Positions 20,758 to 29,773 of a stretch of 64,000 bases of DNA are shown here, piece after piece; position 1 is the stretch's first letter; every line of letters starts with the position of its first letter. Source of the DNA: Candidatus Saccharimonadota bacterium (lineage in GTDB: Bacteria; Patescibacteriota; Saccharimonadia; Saccharimonadales; Saccharimonadaceae). The translations under genes and the position numbers were made by a program. The stretch covers positions 72,566-136,565 of the forward strand of contig DAOPJW010000003.1 in assembly GCA_035399865.1 (NCBI GenBank), given 5' to 3'. Under the pieces are notes generated by a model, which was not told the origin of the DNA, made no database searches, and worked only from the letters and a program-made list of their open reading frames with translations.

Positions 20758-21150
20758 TTATTTTGTAACTTTTTTCGAAACTTTCTTTTTAGCTGGAGCT
20801 TTTTTGGTAGCTGTCGGTTTAGCGATGGCAGTTACTTTTTTTACTGGTTTTGTGACAGTTTTCTTGACAGTAGTAGGTTTAGCTACAGCCTTTTTAGCCT
20901 CTAATTTAACACCGGCGTTTTTTGCAATTTTAGATAAATTTGCTTTGCGACGAGATGCGGTGTTCTTTTTGATTAAACCTTTTTTTACAGCAGTGTCGAT
21001 TTCACTATAGGCAGAACCTAAGTTTTTGGCTGATGGTTTAGCCAAGAATGCTTTAACAGCATCTTTGATGTCATGTTTGATGCCGACGTTGCGTTCACGT
21101 CGTTTAGTAGCTTGTTTAGCGCGCTTGATAGCGGACTTGATGATTGGCAT
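20758..21150 (-). CDS. rpsT: 30S ribosomal protein S20 with a Lys/Ala/Thr-rich C-terminal extension
   Basis: MPIIKSAIKRAKQATKRRERN is a classic S20 start. The core of about 85 aa is followed by about 45 aa of KKAVAKPTTVKK-type repeats. Confidence 0.85.
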   Translation of the reverse strand: MPIIKSAIKRAKQATKRRERNVGIKHDIKDAVKAFLAKPSAKNLGSAYSEIDTAVKKGLIKKNTASRRKANLSKIAKNAGVKLEAKKAVAKPTTVKKTVTKPVKKVTAIAKPTATKKAPAKKKVSKKVTK

Positions 21151-21313
21151 TAGTGATTCCTTGTATCTTTAAATTAATAAGTATAGTCAAAGTGAAATTA
21201 TATAGCAAAAACACCAGATTGTAAAGGGGGAAGGTAATCTTGACTAAAGTAACCCGTTTATGGTATAGTGACATGGACATTTATCTAAAATAAAAATAGG
21301 AAAAACAATTTAA

Positions 21314-23080
21314 ATGAACGAGGCCGACACAAAAAAGCCAATGCAACAGATTGCTGATAAGATAAAAAAATCGAGCAATATTTTGGTCACGGTAAGCAAT
21401 AATCCGTCAGTTGATGATCTGTCAGCAGCGTTAGGCTTAACTATCTTACTTAATAAATTTGATAAGCATGCGACAGCTATTTTTAGCGGTGCGATCCCAC
21501 CAGCGATTACTTTTTTAGAGCCTGACAAAGTTTTTGAAAATAATGCCGATAGTTTGCGTGATTTCATCATCGCCCTCGATAAGGAAAAGGCTGACCATCT
21601 ACGTTATAAAGTAGAAGGTGATGTTGTCAAGATTTTTATTACGCCTTATCATACCACTATTACTTCAGATGATCTAGAATTCAGCCAAGGTGATTTCAAT
21701 GTTGATTTAGTATTAGCTTTGGGCGTTTCTAGCCAAGAAAATTTAGACAATGCTTTATCGGCACACGGTAGAATTTTACACGAAGTTACCGTCGCAACAT
21801 TATGTGCAGGTGAGCAATCCAGCCATCTTGGTAGTATAGACTGGCGTGATGAAACTGCCAGTAGTTTAAGTGAAATGGTTACCGCTTTGAGCGAATTATT
21901 GAAAGTCGATAATAAGCCAATTTTAGATAAGCAAATCGCATCGGCACTTTTAACAGGAATAGTTGCTTCTACGGATAGATTTAGCAATACTCGTACTACA
22001 TCACATGTAATGACGATGGCTGCACAATTGATGTCGGCAGGAGCTGATCAACAGCTGATTGCTGCTAAATTACAAGAATCTCATGAAATTGATTCATTGC
22101 CACAAGATGCTCAAACTGATCAACCTGCTGAATTCCAAGAAAATGTAGAATTACCACCAGTAGTAAATGAAGATGAAACTACTGATGTTATGGGTTCATC
22201 TACTTTACCTCCTGAAAATCTAAAAATTGATCATAGTAATGATACTTCGCCTGTTGACGAAACCCCAGAACCACCGGTCGTTCAATCGCCAGTAGTTGAA
22301 GAACTTACCCCAATAGTTGGAACAGCTCCGCAATCTACTATTCCACCGGAAATGCCTGAGACCAGTTTGATAAATAGTGACAACCGGTTGCCTCAACCCG
22401 AGCATATCGGTCCATCAAGTCTATCATCCACAATAGCACCAGCTTATGCTTATGTACCTGAGCCAGAATCGCCTCCACAACCCGAAGTGGTCGAAGACCA
22501 ACCAGTGGTTGCCCCTGTGCAAAATTTGAATTTTATTCCTCCTGAAGAAGCAGCATTGACGGATATTTCTAGCACCTTGCCATTAGAAAATAAAATTATT
22601 CCTGACTATAATACACCTGTACCATTTCCTCAGATTGAGCAATTACCGAAAATTGAGAAAGTTGAAGCTCAGGTCCCTGCAGATATTATAGAGCCATCGC
22701 TTGGAGGTTCTTTGAATGCGGTTTCAGACGAAGCTGCAGACAATCTTCGAAAAGAATTAGAGAATGAACAAAACAAGACGATATTAAGTCATGCCTATCT
22801 TAGTGATGCCGGTAATGATCATAATTCGGCAATAAATGGTGTCGGTCAGGGTGATGAAATGAAAAATGTCGATATATTCGCTGGTGGTCCTTTGGTTAGT
22901 TCTGACAATGCTATTAAATTGCCAATGCCTCCGGAGATTCCGGATTTCTCTTCCCTGCCACCGCCCGTACAAATACCACCTAGTGGAGTCGGGGCACCAG
23001 TAACAGCTGAAGAATTAGGTGTTACTCCTAAAATAGAATTATCAAATGATCCCTCTCGTTTCAAAATTCCTGGCCAGTAG
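21314..23080 (+). CDS. DHH-family (NrnA-like) fold protein with degenerate catalytic motifs and a long Pro/Glu-rich C-terminal region
   Basis: The first ~250 aa are collinear with NrnA-type DHH proteins, but the metal-binding motifs appear replaced. The remaining ~330 aa are low-complexity and P/E/V-rich. Confidence 0.5.
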   Translation: MNEADTKKPMQQIADKIKKSSNILVTVSNNPSVDDLSAALGLTILLNKFDKHATAIFSGAIPPAITFLEPDKVFENNADSLRDFIIALDKEKADHLRYKVEGDVVKIFITPYHTTITSDDLEFSQGDFNVDLVLALGVSSQENLDNALSAHGRILHEVTVATLCAGEQSSHLGSIDWRDETASSLSEMVTALSELLKVDNKPILDKQIASALLTGIVASTDRFSNTRTTSHVMTMAAQLMSAGADQQLIAAKLQESHEIDSLPQDAQTDQPAEFQENVELPPVVNEDETTDVMGSSTLPPENLKIDHSNDTSPVDETPEPPVVQSPVVEELTPIVGTAPQSTIPPEMPETSLINSDNRLPQPEHIGPSSLSSTIAPAYAYVPEPESPPQPEVVEDQPVVAPVQNLNFIPPEEAALTDISSTLPLENKIIPDYNTPVPFPQIEQLPKIEKVEAQVPADIIEPSLGGSLNAVSDEAADNLRKELENEQNKTILSHAYLSDAGNDHNSAINGVGQGDEMKNVDIFAGGPLVSSDNAIKLPMPPEIPDFSSLPPPVQIPPSGVGAPVTAEELGVTPKIELSNDPSRFKIPGQ

Positions 23081-23123
23081 TTTTGGACCAACTTCCATTT
23101 TCTAAAGTGTTATACTAAACGAA

Positions 23124-23792
23124 ATGAAAGACGGTATTTTATTAATCGACAAACCTGCTGATATGACCAGTTTTGGCGTCGTAGCACGCATCAGACGTGT
23201 CTTGTCTAGTTCTTCATACAGCCTGGGCAAGAAAGTAAAAGTTGGACACACGGGGACTCTTGACCCCTTTGCGACTGGTCTGATGATTATTGTTATTGGG
23301 AATGAATGTAAAAATGCTGAAAAATATAGCAAACTCGATAAGATCTATGAAGTGGTGATTAAATTAGGCGAGACTAGTACGACAGGAGACACTGAAGGTG
23401 AAATTTCAAAAATATCTGATAAAAAACCTACGCTATCTGATATTGAAAGGATTGTAGAAAATTTTGTCGGAGAAATAACTCAACGTCCGCCATTATATAG
23501 TGCCATTAAAATTGGTGGTCAGAGAGCATATAAAATTGCTCGTGAGGGAAAACAGGTAGAAATGCCAGAACGTCAGGTTAAAATTTATGGTTTAGAAATC
23601 TTGAGTTATGAATATCCTGATTTAAAAATTAGAGTTCATGTTTCGAGCGGTACTTATATTAGAAGTTTGGCCGAAGATATTGGCAAAGCACTTGGCACTG
23701 GAGCGTATTGTACTGAATTGCGTCGATTATCGGTGGGCGAGTGGAATGTTCAAGAATCACAAAAACTTATTGAATTTGGAATTATTGATTAG
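23124..23792 (+). CDS. truB: tRNA pseudouridine(55) synthase
   Basis: GILLIDKP...TS, catalytic GHTGTLDPFATG and YIRSLAEDIG. An extended -10 (TGTTATACT) lies 7 nt before the ATG. Confidence 0.9.
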   Translation: MKDGILLIDKPADMTSFGVVARIRRVLSSSSYSLGKKVKVGHTGTLDPFATGLMIIVIGNECKNAEKYSKLDKIYEVVIKLGETSTTGDTEGEISKISDKKPTLSDIERIVENFVGEITQRPPLYSAIKIGGQRAYKIAREGKQVEMPERQVKIYGLEILSYEYPDLKIRVHVSSGTYIRSLAEDIGKALGTGAYCTELRRLSVGEWNVQESQKLIEFGIID

Positions 23793-23798
23793 GTAGTT

Positions 23799-26459
23799 TT
23801 ATTCGTTATTTTCTTCGTCTTGTGGTGAAAATTTTGATTCGCCAAGTCTGATGAGTTTTTCAAGTTCATCTTTGGTGCCTTGGGCTGCTATACTATTTAA
23901 CTTGTTGTTAGGATCTGGGTTGATAATGGCTTGAGCAACTCCTATAAGTTTTAAGAAATTTGCCTTAAAGGCTTCTTGTTTCGATTGGCTTAGGCCACTT
24001 GTATCGTAGTTAATTATTCTTTCAAGTAACTTGATTGAACCTGGATCGTCATCAGCGATTGCTTCAGCTTTGAATTTACCATCAATCACGAAATCGACGA
24101 CAAGTTTATCTACGTCTTCGTCATTTTTAACATTACCCTTAATGACCTCGTTAATGAATTTTCCGCCGAATGCCGAAATCGAATTAGGTATGCCGTTTGC
24201 TGGGATAGCTCTTGATATTGATGCTCGATAGTCGTTTAATTTTGGGCTACCGGATTGGGATATAATGGCATACTTTTCATCATAAGAACCAGTCATTAAC
24301 TGATTTGCGATTGCCATTTCGACAGTGAAATTATCATCTACGCTGAAGGTGTAGGTATTGCCGTTATTGTCTATACCTACGACGTTGTCTTCTCTTACGG
24401 CTAATTTTTGATATTGCTCACCACTTAATTTGAATTGTTTTGCGAGTTCATTTCGTTCATTGATAAGCTTTCCGATTGCTTCACGTCGTTCCTTGACAGC
24501 AAAGGCCAAAGCCGAATCGGCTCCAGAGGTATCAATACCTCCAGCATAATCACGAATTAATTGGCCTTCTATCATTGCTACGTTGCCCATAAGAGCATTT
24601 GATAGATTAGCTTGTTGGACGCGTAGAGCTGCTTGATTTGCAATAGCATTAAGATTTAGGTCGCGTTTAGCAATTTCGGCACGGACGGCATGTGTCGACA
24701 AAGCACCAGTTGCTGTTGTGTCTTTTCCTGCATATAATTCTTGTTCAATCCTATCAACTCTGCCTTTTGCTTCGGCATTTTCGGTGGAAATTATACGTGT
24801 ATCCATTTCTTTTTGTAATAATCGATCATTAGTGCGGATTTTTCTATGTAAATTGCGTTCAAGCTCTTGCTCGGTGTATTTTTTGTCTCGATCGACTTCG
24901 TATATTTGTTCATATAATTTGCGATTATCGTCCGATGATGAATAGCGGTTGTCTGTTTTTCCGTCATAAATTTTTCTAATTGATTCTCGCTTACGTCGAT
25001 TATGATCAATTTTTTGAGCAGTTCGTCTGAAGGGGGATCTTTTTGTAGCCTCTCCGCCTAGCCACTTGGAACGATGAGTACTAGCCATATCCTCTGAAAA
25101 ATTTCGTGTTCGATCGACAAGACCTCTGCTTGGATTATTTACGAATCCTGCTACTTTTCCTAAGATTGAACCGCTCATATTAATTAGTAGAGGGGTTATA
25201 AATAGGGGTGCCACTTGTACAGTCATAGCAAGAATAACTGTCATAATTGAATTAGCATTTTGAATGATTACTGCTGCTGCCATTTGCGAACCGCCAAAAA
25301 CTATTGAAAATGCTGGAAATAGGATTAGCATTGTCATGAATGCGGATTTCCATTTTTCAAATAATTTTTCGGTGTTTGGTAATAAATAAGCCACAAAAGC
25401 CAGAGGCGAAATTATTACTAATATCGTAATGAGGGCTTGTCTTCCGACTAAAATTACCAAAGCAATTAATGCCGCGATAATACAAGATACCAAAGCGGGT
25501 AATAATAGGAATAAGGCTCCGGCCCAACTGTTTGCAATGATAAAAGTTGCTATTCCAGCCGTTGCTACTCCGCCAGTTAATATAAAGCTAGCAATGCTCC
25601 GCCAACTCGTCAGTTCCCAAGTATTTCCTTCATCTCCGACTAAACCCTCTCTTATTGAGTTAAAGACATCTTGGATTGAATATCCTAGTATGTTTGAGAC
25701 ATCGACTAGCAATGCACAGATAAGGTATGAAAGATTGACTAGTATTGCAGCAATTATTAATCTTGGGAGCATTTTTTTGACGCTGTAGTTTGATATTCCC
25801 ATGTTAGTAATTTGCGAATAGATAATTATCAAGAAGGCGATTACAAAGGCAACATTCGCAAAACTTCGCATGTAGGACCACGCTCTAAATAAGGCGTTAT
25901 TCTGACCTGTTTGGATTGGTCTGACCTCTAAGAATCCGGTCAAAATATTGAAAATGTTATCCATTCCATCTGCTAAGAAATTCGTAACGGGACAGATTAT
26001 CCAACCAACTCCATCTAGGACGCAAGATTTATGACCTTCAGTCTTTACAGTTTCTGAGCGTTTATCGATAGTTACGGAATTTGGGCTTGAAGGGTTGCTG
26101 TAATCTTTCCCGTCATAATCATAAATTTTGTGAGTTGCCGTTTCGGCATTTTCAGCCTCTTTACCTGAAGGAAAAAATATTACTTCAGCTTTTTCTGAAT
26201 CTTCATCGATAAAGATATAGGCTTGGTCATCGCTCTCAAGATCTAATTTTTTTAGAGTATCTTTGTCGATAGGTCCAGTGTAATTATTACCGTCGTAGTT
26301 TAGTGATGATTCACTGTTCCAATTGGCATCAACAGCGTAAACATTCGAGATATTAACGTAAGTCCACAAAAAAGTAGCTACTAAAGTAGCAAGAACAAAC
26401 AGTATTAATCTTCGCGCGGATTTACCTCCGTACGAAGCGGACTTCGCAAAATTCCACAT
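23799..26459 (-). CDS. large polytopic membrane protein, possibly TrbL/VirB6-like, with a ~430-aa hydrophilic C-terminal region
   Basis: An 886-aa ORF: signal/anchor, ~130-aa exposed domain, six to eight TM helices, then a charged coiled-coil-rich tail. The topology resembles VirB6/TrbL proteins; the family assignment is tentative. Confidence 0.55.
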   Translation of the reverse strand: MWNFAKSASYGGKSARRLILFVLATLVATFLWTYVNISNVYAVDANWNSESSLNYDGNNYTGPIDKDTLKKLDLESDDQAYIFIDEDSEKAEVIFFPSGKEAENAETATHKIYDYDGKDYSNPSSPNSVTIDKRSETVKTEGHKSCVLDGVGWIICPVTNFLADGMDNIFNILTGFLEVRPIQTGQNNALFRAWSYMRSFANVAFVIAFLIIIYSQITNMGISNYSVKKMLPRLIIAAILVNLSYLICALLVDVSNILGYSIQDVFNSIREGLVGDEGNTWELTSWRSIASFILTGGVATAGIATFIIANSWAGALFLLLPALVSCIIAALIALVILVGRQALITILVIISPLAFVAYLLPNTEKLFEKWKSAFMTMLILFPAFSIVFGGSQMAAAVIIQNANSIMTVILAMTVQVAPLFITPLLINMSGSILGKVAGFVNNPSRGLVDRTRNFSEDMASTHRSKWLGGEATKRSPFRRTAQKIDHNRRKRESIRKIYDGKTDNRYSSSDDNRKLYEQIYEVDRDKKYTEQELERNLHRKIRTNDRLLQKEMDTRIISTENAEAKGRVDRIEQELYAGKDTTATGALSTHAVRAEIAKRDLNLNAIANQAALRVQQANLSNALMGNVAMIEGQLIRDYAGGIDTSGADSALAFAVKERREAIGKLINERNELAKQFKLSGEQYQKLAVREDNVVGIDNNGNTYTFSVDDNFTVEMAIANQLMTGSYDEKYAIISQSGSPKLNDYRASISRAIPANGIPNSISAFGGKFINEVIKGNVKNDEDVDKLVVDFVIDGKFKAEAIADDDPGSIKLLERIINYDTSGLSQSKQEAFKANFLKLIGVAQAIINPDPNNKLNSIAAQGTKDELEKLIRLGESKFSPQDEENNE

Positions 26460-26608
26460 TCTGCGGATATTCTAGCATTTAACAGGTAAAATGTCAATTT
26501 AAAAGCATAGGTTTTTTAATATATTTCATTAAATCAAACGTATATTGGAATGTAGCAATAGTGTTTAATAATATACTGAAAAATAAATTTATAAAGACTT
26601 AAATTAAG

Positions 26609-26633
26609 CTTATCAGGGTCCGACCCTGATAAG
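26609..26633. repeat. REP-like hairpin, copy 5 (loop in the opposite orientation, TCCGA)
   Basis: CTTATCAGGG-TCCGA-CCCTGATAAG in the divergent intergenic region upstream of rpsO. Confidence 0.85.
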
Positions 26634-26694
26634 TAAATATAAAGTAAAATTTAATATAAATCTAAAGTTTATATTGAATAGAGATTTTTAGGTG

Positions 26695-26723
26695 TTGAAA
26701 CCTGTGCAAAACTTTGATACAAT
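26695..26723 (+). promoter_or_regulatory. rpsO promoter TTGAAA-17-TACAAT, 9 nt upstream of the ATG
   Basis: Hexamers at 26695-26700 and 26718-26723. The implied 5' UTR is 1-3 nt. Confidence 0.6.
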
Positions 26724-26732
26724 GCATAGTCG

Positions 26733-26999
26733 ATGATTACAACAGATAATAAAATCAAAGCTATAGCTTTGACTCAACTACATAAAACCGATGTTGGTAG
26801 CTCTCAAGCCCAAGTGTCAGTTTTAACGATCCGTATAAAAGAAATAACTGAACATCTTAAGGTTAATAAGAACGACAATATGGCTCGTCGTGGTTTAATC
26901 CAGATGGTAGGAAAACGTAAAAGATTACTTAAATATCTAGAAAATAGTGATTTTGAATCTTATAAAAAAGTTGTTTCAAGCCTAAAACTCCGCAAATAA
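26733..26999 (+). CDS. rpsO: 30S ribosomal protein S15
   Basis: An 88-aa ORF collinear with S15 (GSSQAQVSVLT.RI..ITEHLK..K.D..ARRGL..MVGKRKRLL.YL). Confidence 0.93.
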   Translation: MITTDNKIKAIALTQLHKTDVGSSQAQVSVLTIRIKEITEHLKVNKNDNMARRGLIQMVGKRKRLLKYLENSDFESYKKVVSSLKLRK

Positions 27000-27011
27000 G
27001 CGGAGTTTTTA
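26987..27011. terminator. bidirectional intrinsic terminator between convergent rpsO and the NUDIX gene
   Basis: ACTCCGC-AAATAA-GCGGAGT stem-loop, flanked by AAAA on the left and TTTTT on the right. Confidence 0.7.
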
Positions 27012-27019
27012 TTTTAGTT

Positions 27020-27490
27020 TTATCCCAAGTTTTCGAAAATTTTAACTGGCTTGTTATCACTGATATAACTGGCGATATCGATGGTTTGTAGTATTCCTGG
27101 CAGAACATTTGTGGTTTTTGGATCGACAAAAGCGACTTTTTTAATCTCTTGTTCGCCATGAGTAGTTTTTGACAGATCAATTTCATGGTAATCTGTAGGA
27201 TTATCGATATTAAAGAAAAATTCTAGTTGTTCATTACCATCGTCTCTGATGAATTGTTGAATAAAGAGTAATTTACCAATTTTGGCGACGATTCCAGTTT
27301 CCTCAAGCATCTCACGCTCAAGTCCAGTCGTCAGTACTTCTTTTTCATCTAAACCGCCACCCGGCGTACACCACCATTCACCATCGTTTTGATTTTCGGG
27401 TTGATTCAATTGTTGTGCGAGAATCTTACCATTTTCGTATACAATGCCTCTGACATTTATTCTTCTATCAATCATATGGTGATTATACAC
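27020..27490 (-). CDS. NUDIX hydrolase
   Basis: Nudix box GGGLDEKEVLTTGLEREMLEETG (GX5EX7REUXEEXGU). Confidence 0.85.
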   Translation of the reverse strand: MYNHHMIDRRINVRGIVYENGKILAQQLNQPENQNDGEWWCTPGGGLDEKEVLTTGLEREMLEETGIVAKIGKLLFIQQFIRDDGNEQLEFFFNIDNPTDYHEIDLSKTTHGEQEIKKVAFVDPKTTNVLPGILQTIDIASYISDNKPVKIFENLG

Positions 27491-27511
27491 TTTTGTGGTA
27501 TGATATTAGAA

Positions 27512-27574
27512 GCGTAATAAGTGGTGGATAAAGAAATTTGAGTATGCGAATTTCTATACCCGTTACTTATTCGC
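27512..27574 (+). promoter_or_regulatory. long imperfect stem-loop at the predicted 5' end of the pnp mRNA
   Basis: An extended -10 (TGGTATGAT, 27496-27504) predicts a TSS near 27511. GCG(T)AATAAGT at 27512-27522 pairs with ACTTATTCGC at 27565-27574, and an inner helix pairs AGAAATT with AATTTCT. Confidence 0.45.
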
Positions 27575-27612
27575 TGATCTTATAAGGCGAATTTATATAT
27601 AGGAGGAGAAAT

Positions 27613-29733
27613 ATGCCTATTATCAACCCTAATGGCAAAAAAATATTTTCAGTTACGACTGAATTTTGTGGACGCCCATTAACATTAGAAGTTAACCGTG
27701 TTGGATTTAGATCTACGGCAAGCGTCCTAGTGACTTATGGCGAAACTGTAGTCTTAGGCTCAGCGGTCGTCGGTTCAAGACCGATAATTTTGGACTATTT
27801 TCCATTAACTATTGATTATGAAGAAAAGTTTTACGCTGCTGGAAGAATATCAGGCAGTCGTTTCGTAAAACGTGAAGGCAAACCTAGCGACGATGCTGTT
27901 CTCATCGGAAGAATAATCGATCGTCCAATCCGTCCGCTGTTTCCAAAAGGCTACCGTCAAGAAATTCATGTCGTATCAACAGTACTTTCTATGGATCCAA
28001 ATTTTCGTCCTGATGTCGTTGCTATGATTGCATCTAGTGCTGCATTGATGTTAACTGGAACACCTTTCGATGGCCCAGTTGCGGGTATCAGAGTTGGTCG
28101 TGTAAATGGTGAATACAAAGCCTTTTTATCACCTGAAGAACGTGCCAATAGCGATTTAGATTTAGTAGTTGCTGGAATTGAAAGTGGAATTACTATGGTT
28201 GAGGCTGGTGCTAATGAAGTAAGTGAAAAAGTAATGATTGACGCACTTACTTGGGCATATAAAGCGTATCAGCCTGCTATAAAGTTGCAAAAAGAACTTG
28301 CGAAAAAAGTTTCACCAGAACCAAAAGAATACACTTTAGTTCTTCCTAATGAAGAAATCCAAAAATTTGTTGATAAGTGGGTTGAAGGCAAGTTGGGTGA
28401 TGCCTTACGTAAACCTTATCCTGAGCGTAATGAATTAGTGTCCACTTTGCGATGGGAATTTCATGACAAGATGCGTGAAAAAATAGGCGAGGAAGCTTAT
28501 GACGACAAAATTCATGATGAATACGATGAGGCCTTTACGATGGCACTTCATAAAGATGTTCGCAAAGGTATTATTGAACATAATGTTCGTCCAGATGGTC
28601 GTAAGTTAGACGAAATCAGACCTCTTTCAAGTGAAGTCGGTATTTTGCCACGTGCTCACGGTTCAAGTTTATTTACCAGAGGCATAACTCAAGGTATGAA
28701 CATTGTAACATTAGCTCCACTTAGCTATTCTCAAATTGTAGACACTATGGAATTTAACGAACTCGAGCGTCGTTATATGCATCATTATAATGCTCCAGGT
28801 TATACTCTTGGTGAGATTCAAAGAATGGGTAGTCCTGGACGACGAGAAATTGGACACGGTTATTTAGCGGAACGTGCTCTCAGCCCTGTATTGCCGTCAC
28901 CTGAGGATTTCCCTTATGCTATTCGTAGCGTTACTGAAATTATGAGTCAAAATGGTTCAACATCAATGGCTGCTACATGTAGTAGCTGTCTAGCCCTGAT
29001 GGATGCTGGCGTACCAATAAAAGCACCAGTTTCGGGTATTGCTATGGGCTTGATGATGGATGGAAAAACTCCATATATTATGAGCGATATTGCCGATGCC
29101 GAAGATTTTGCTGGTGATATGGACTTTAAAGTAACAGGCACTTCAAATGGCATAACAGCATTACAAATGGATATGAAGGTTCACGGTCTACCAGTAGAAA
29201 TACTTGGCATGGCTATTGAAAAGGCGAGTATTGGCCGTGCCTTTATCTTGAAACATATGCTTGAGACAATACCTGAATACCGTAAAGAATTAAGTATTTA
29301 CGCACCAAGGATTGATAAAATCCAGATAAATCCAGATAAAATCGGAGCCGTAATTGGAAAAGGCGGAGAGGTGATTAAAAAAATCACTGCCGAAACTGGA
29401 GCTCAGATTGACGTATCTGAAGATGGTTTGATTACTATCGCTGCAATCGATAAGGACGCAATTGATACAGCCATGAAATGGATCAAGGGTTTAACCGAAG
29501 AGCCTGAAGTCGGAACAGTTTATGAAGGTAAAGTTGTTAGTATTAAAGAGTTCGGTGCGTTTGTTAATATAATGCCCGGTATCGACGGCATGGTCCATAT
29601 TAGCGAACTGGCTGATAAACGAGTAGAAAAGGTTACCGATGTGCTAAAAGAAGGTCAAATTATTAAAGTCAAACTCATTGGCATCGATGATCGTGGTCGT
29701 CTTAGCTTAAGTGTAAAAGCAGTACAAATTTAA
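27613..29733 (+). CDS. pnp: polynucleotide phosphorylase
   Basis: Two RNase PH domains plus KH (GAVIGKGGEVIKKI) and S1 (G.V..I..FGAFV......DGMVHISE) domains. AGGAGG SD. Confidence 0.96.
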   Translation: MPIINPNGKKIFSVTTEFCGRPLTLEVNRVGFRSTASVLVTYGETVVLGSAVVGSRPIILDYFPLTIDYEEKFYAAGRISGSRFVKREGKPSDDAVLIGRIIDRPIRPLFPKGYRQEIHVVSTVLSMDPNFRPDVVAMIASSAALMLTGTPFDGPVAGIRVGRVNGEYKAFLSPEERANSDLDLVVAGIESGITMVEAGANEVSEKVMIDALTWAYKAYQPAIKLQKELAKKVSPEPKEYTLVLPNEEIQKFVDKWVEGKLGDALRKPYPERNELVSTLRWEFHDKMREKIGEEAYDDKIHDEYDEAFTMALHKDVRKGIIEHNVRPDGRKLDEIRPLSSEVGILPRAHGSSLFTRGITQGMNIVTLAPLSYSQIVDTMEFNELERRYMHHYNAPGYTLGEIQRMGSPGRREIGHGYLAERALSPVLPSPEDFPYAIRSVTEIMSQNGSTSMAATCSSCLALMDAGVPIKAPVSGIAMGLMMDGKTPYIMSDIADAEDFAGDMDFKVTGTSNGITALQMDMKVHGLPVEILGMAIEKASIGRAFILKHMLETIPEYRKELSIYAPRIDKIQINPDKIGAVIGKGGEVIKKITAETGAQIDVSEDGLITIAAIDKDAIDTAMKWIKGLTEEPEVGTVYEGKVVSIKEFGAFVNIMPGIDGMVHISELADKRVEKVTDVLKEGQIIKVKLIGIDDRGRLSLSVKAVQI

Positions 29734-29773
29734 GTTATAATTGGCATATACTAATAGTAAGAAAGGTAATCGC

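Noticed and set aside
20744-21010. An 88-aa + strand ORF (hydrophobic, F/L/A-rich) overlapping rpsT.
   Set aside because: It is the mirror image of the Lys/Ala-rich S20 tail: AAA/GCN codons read antisense give Phe/Ala-rich text. The S20 reading is clearly the real one.
25429-25788. A 119-aa + strand ORF inside the 886-aa membrane protein gene. Similar antisense ORFs occur at 8242-8625, 9637-9942, 10782-11198, 12697-12996, 21649-21987, 33722-34090, 36290-36580, 40658-40975, 41770-42054, 44467-44763 and 50568-50840.
   Set aside because: All lie wholly within longer, motif-supported genes on the opposite strand or in another frame, and they lack start contexts. They are treated as spurious.
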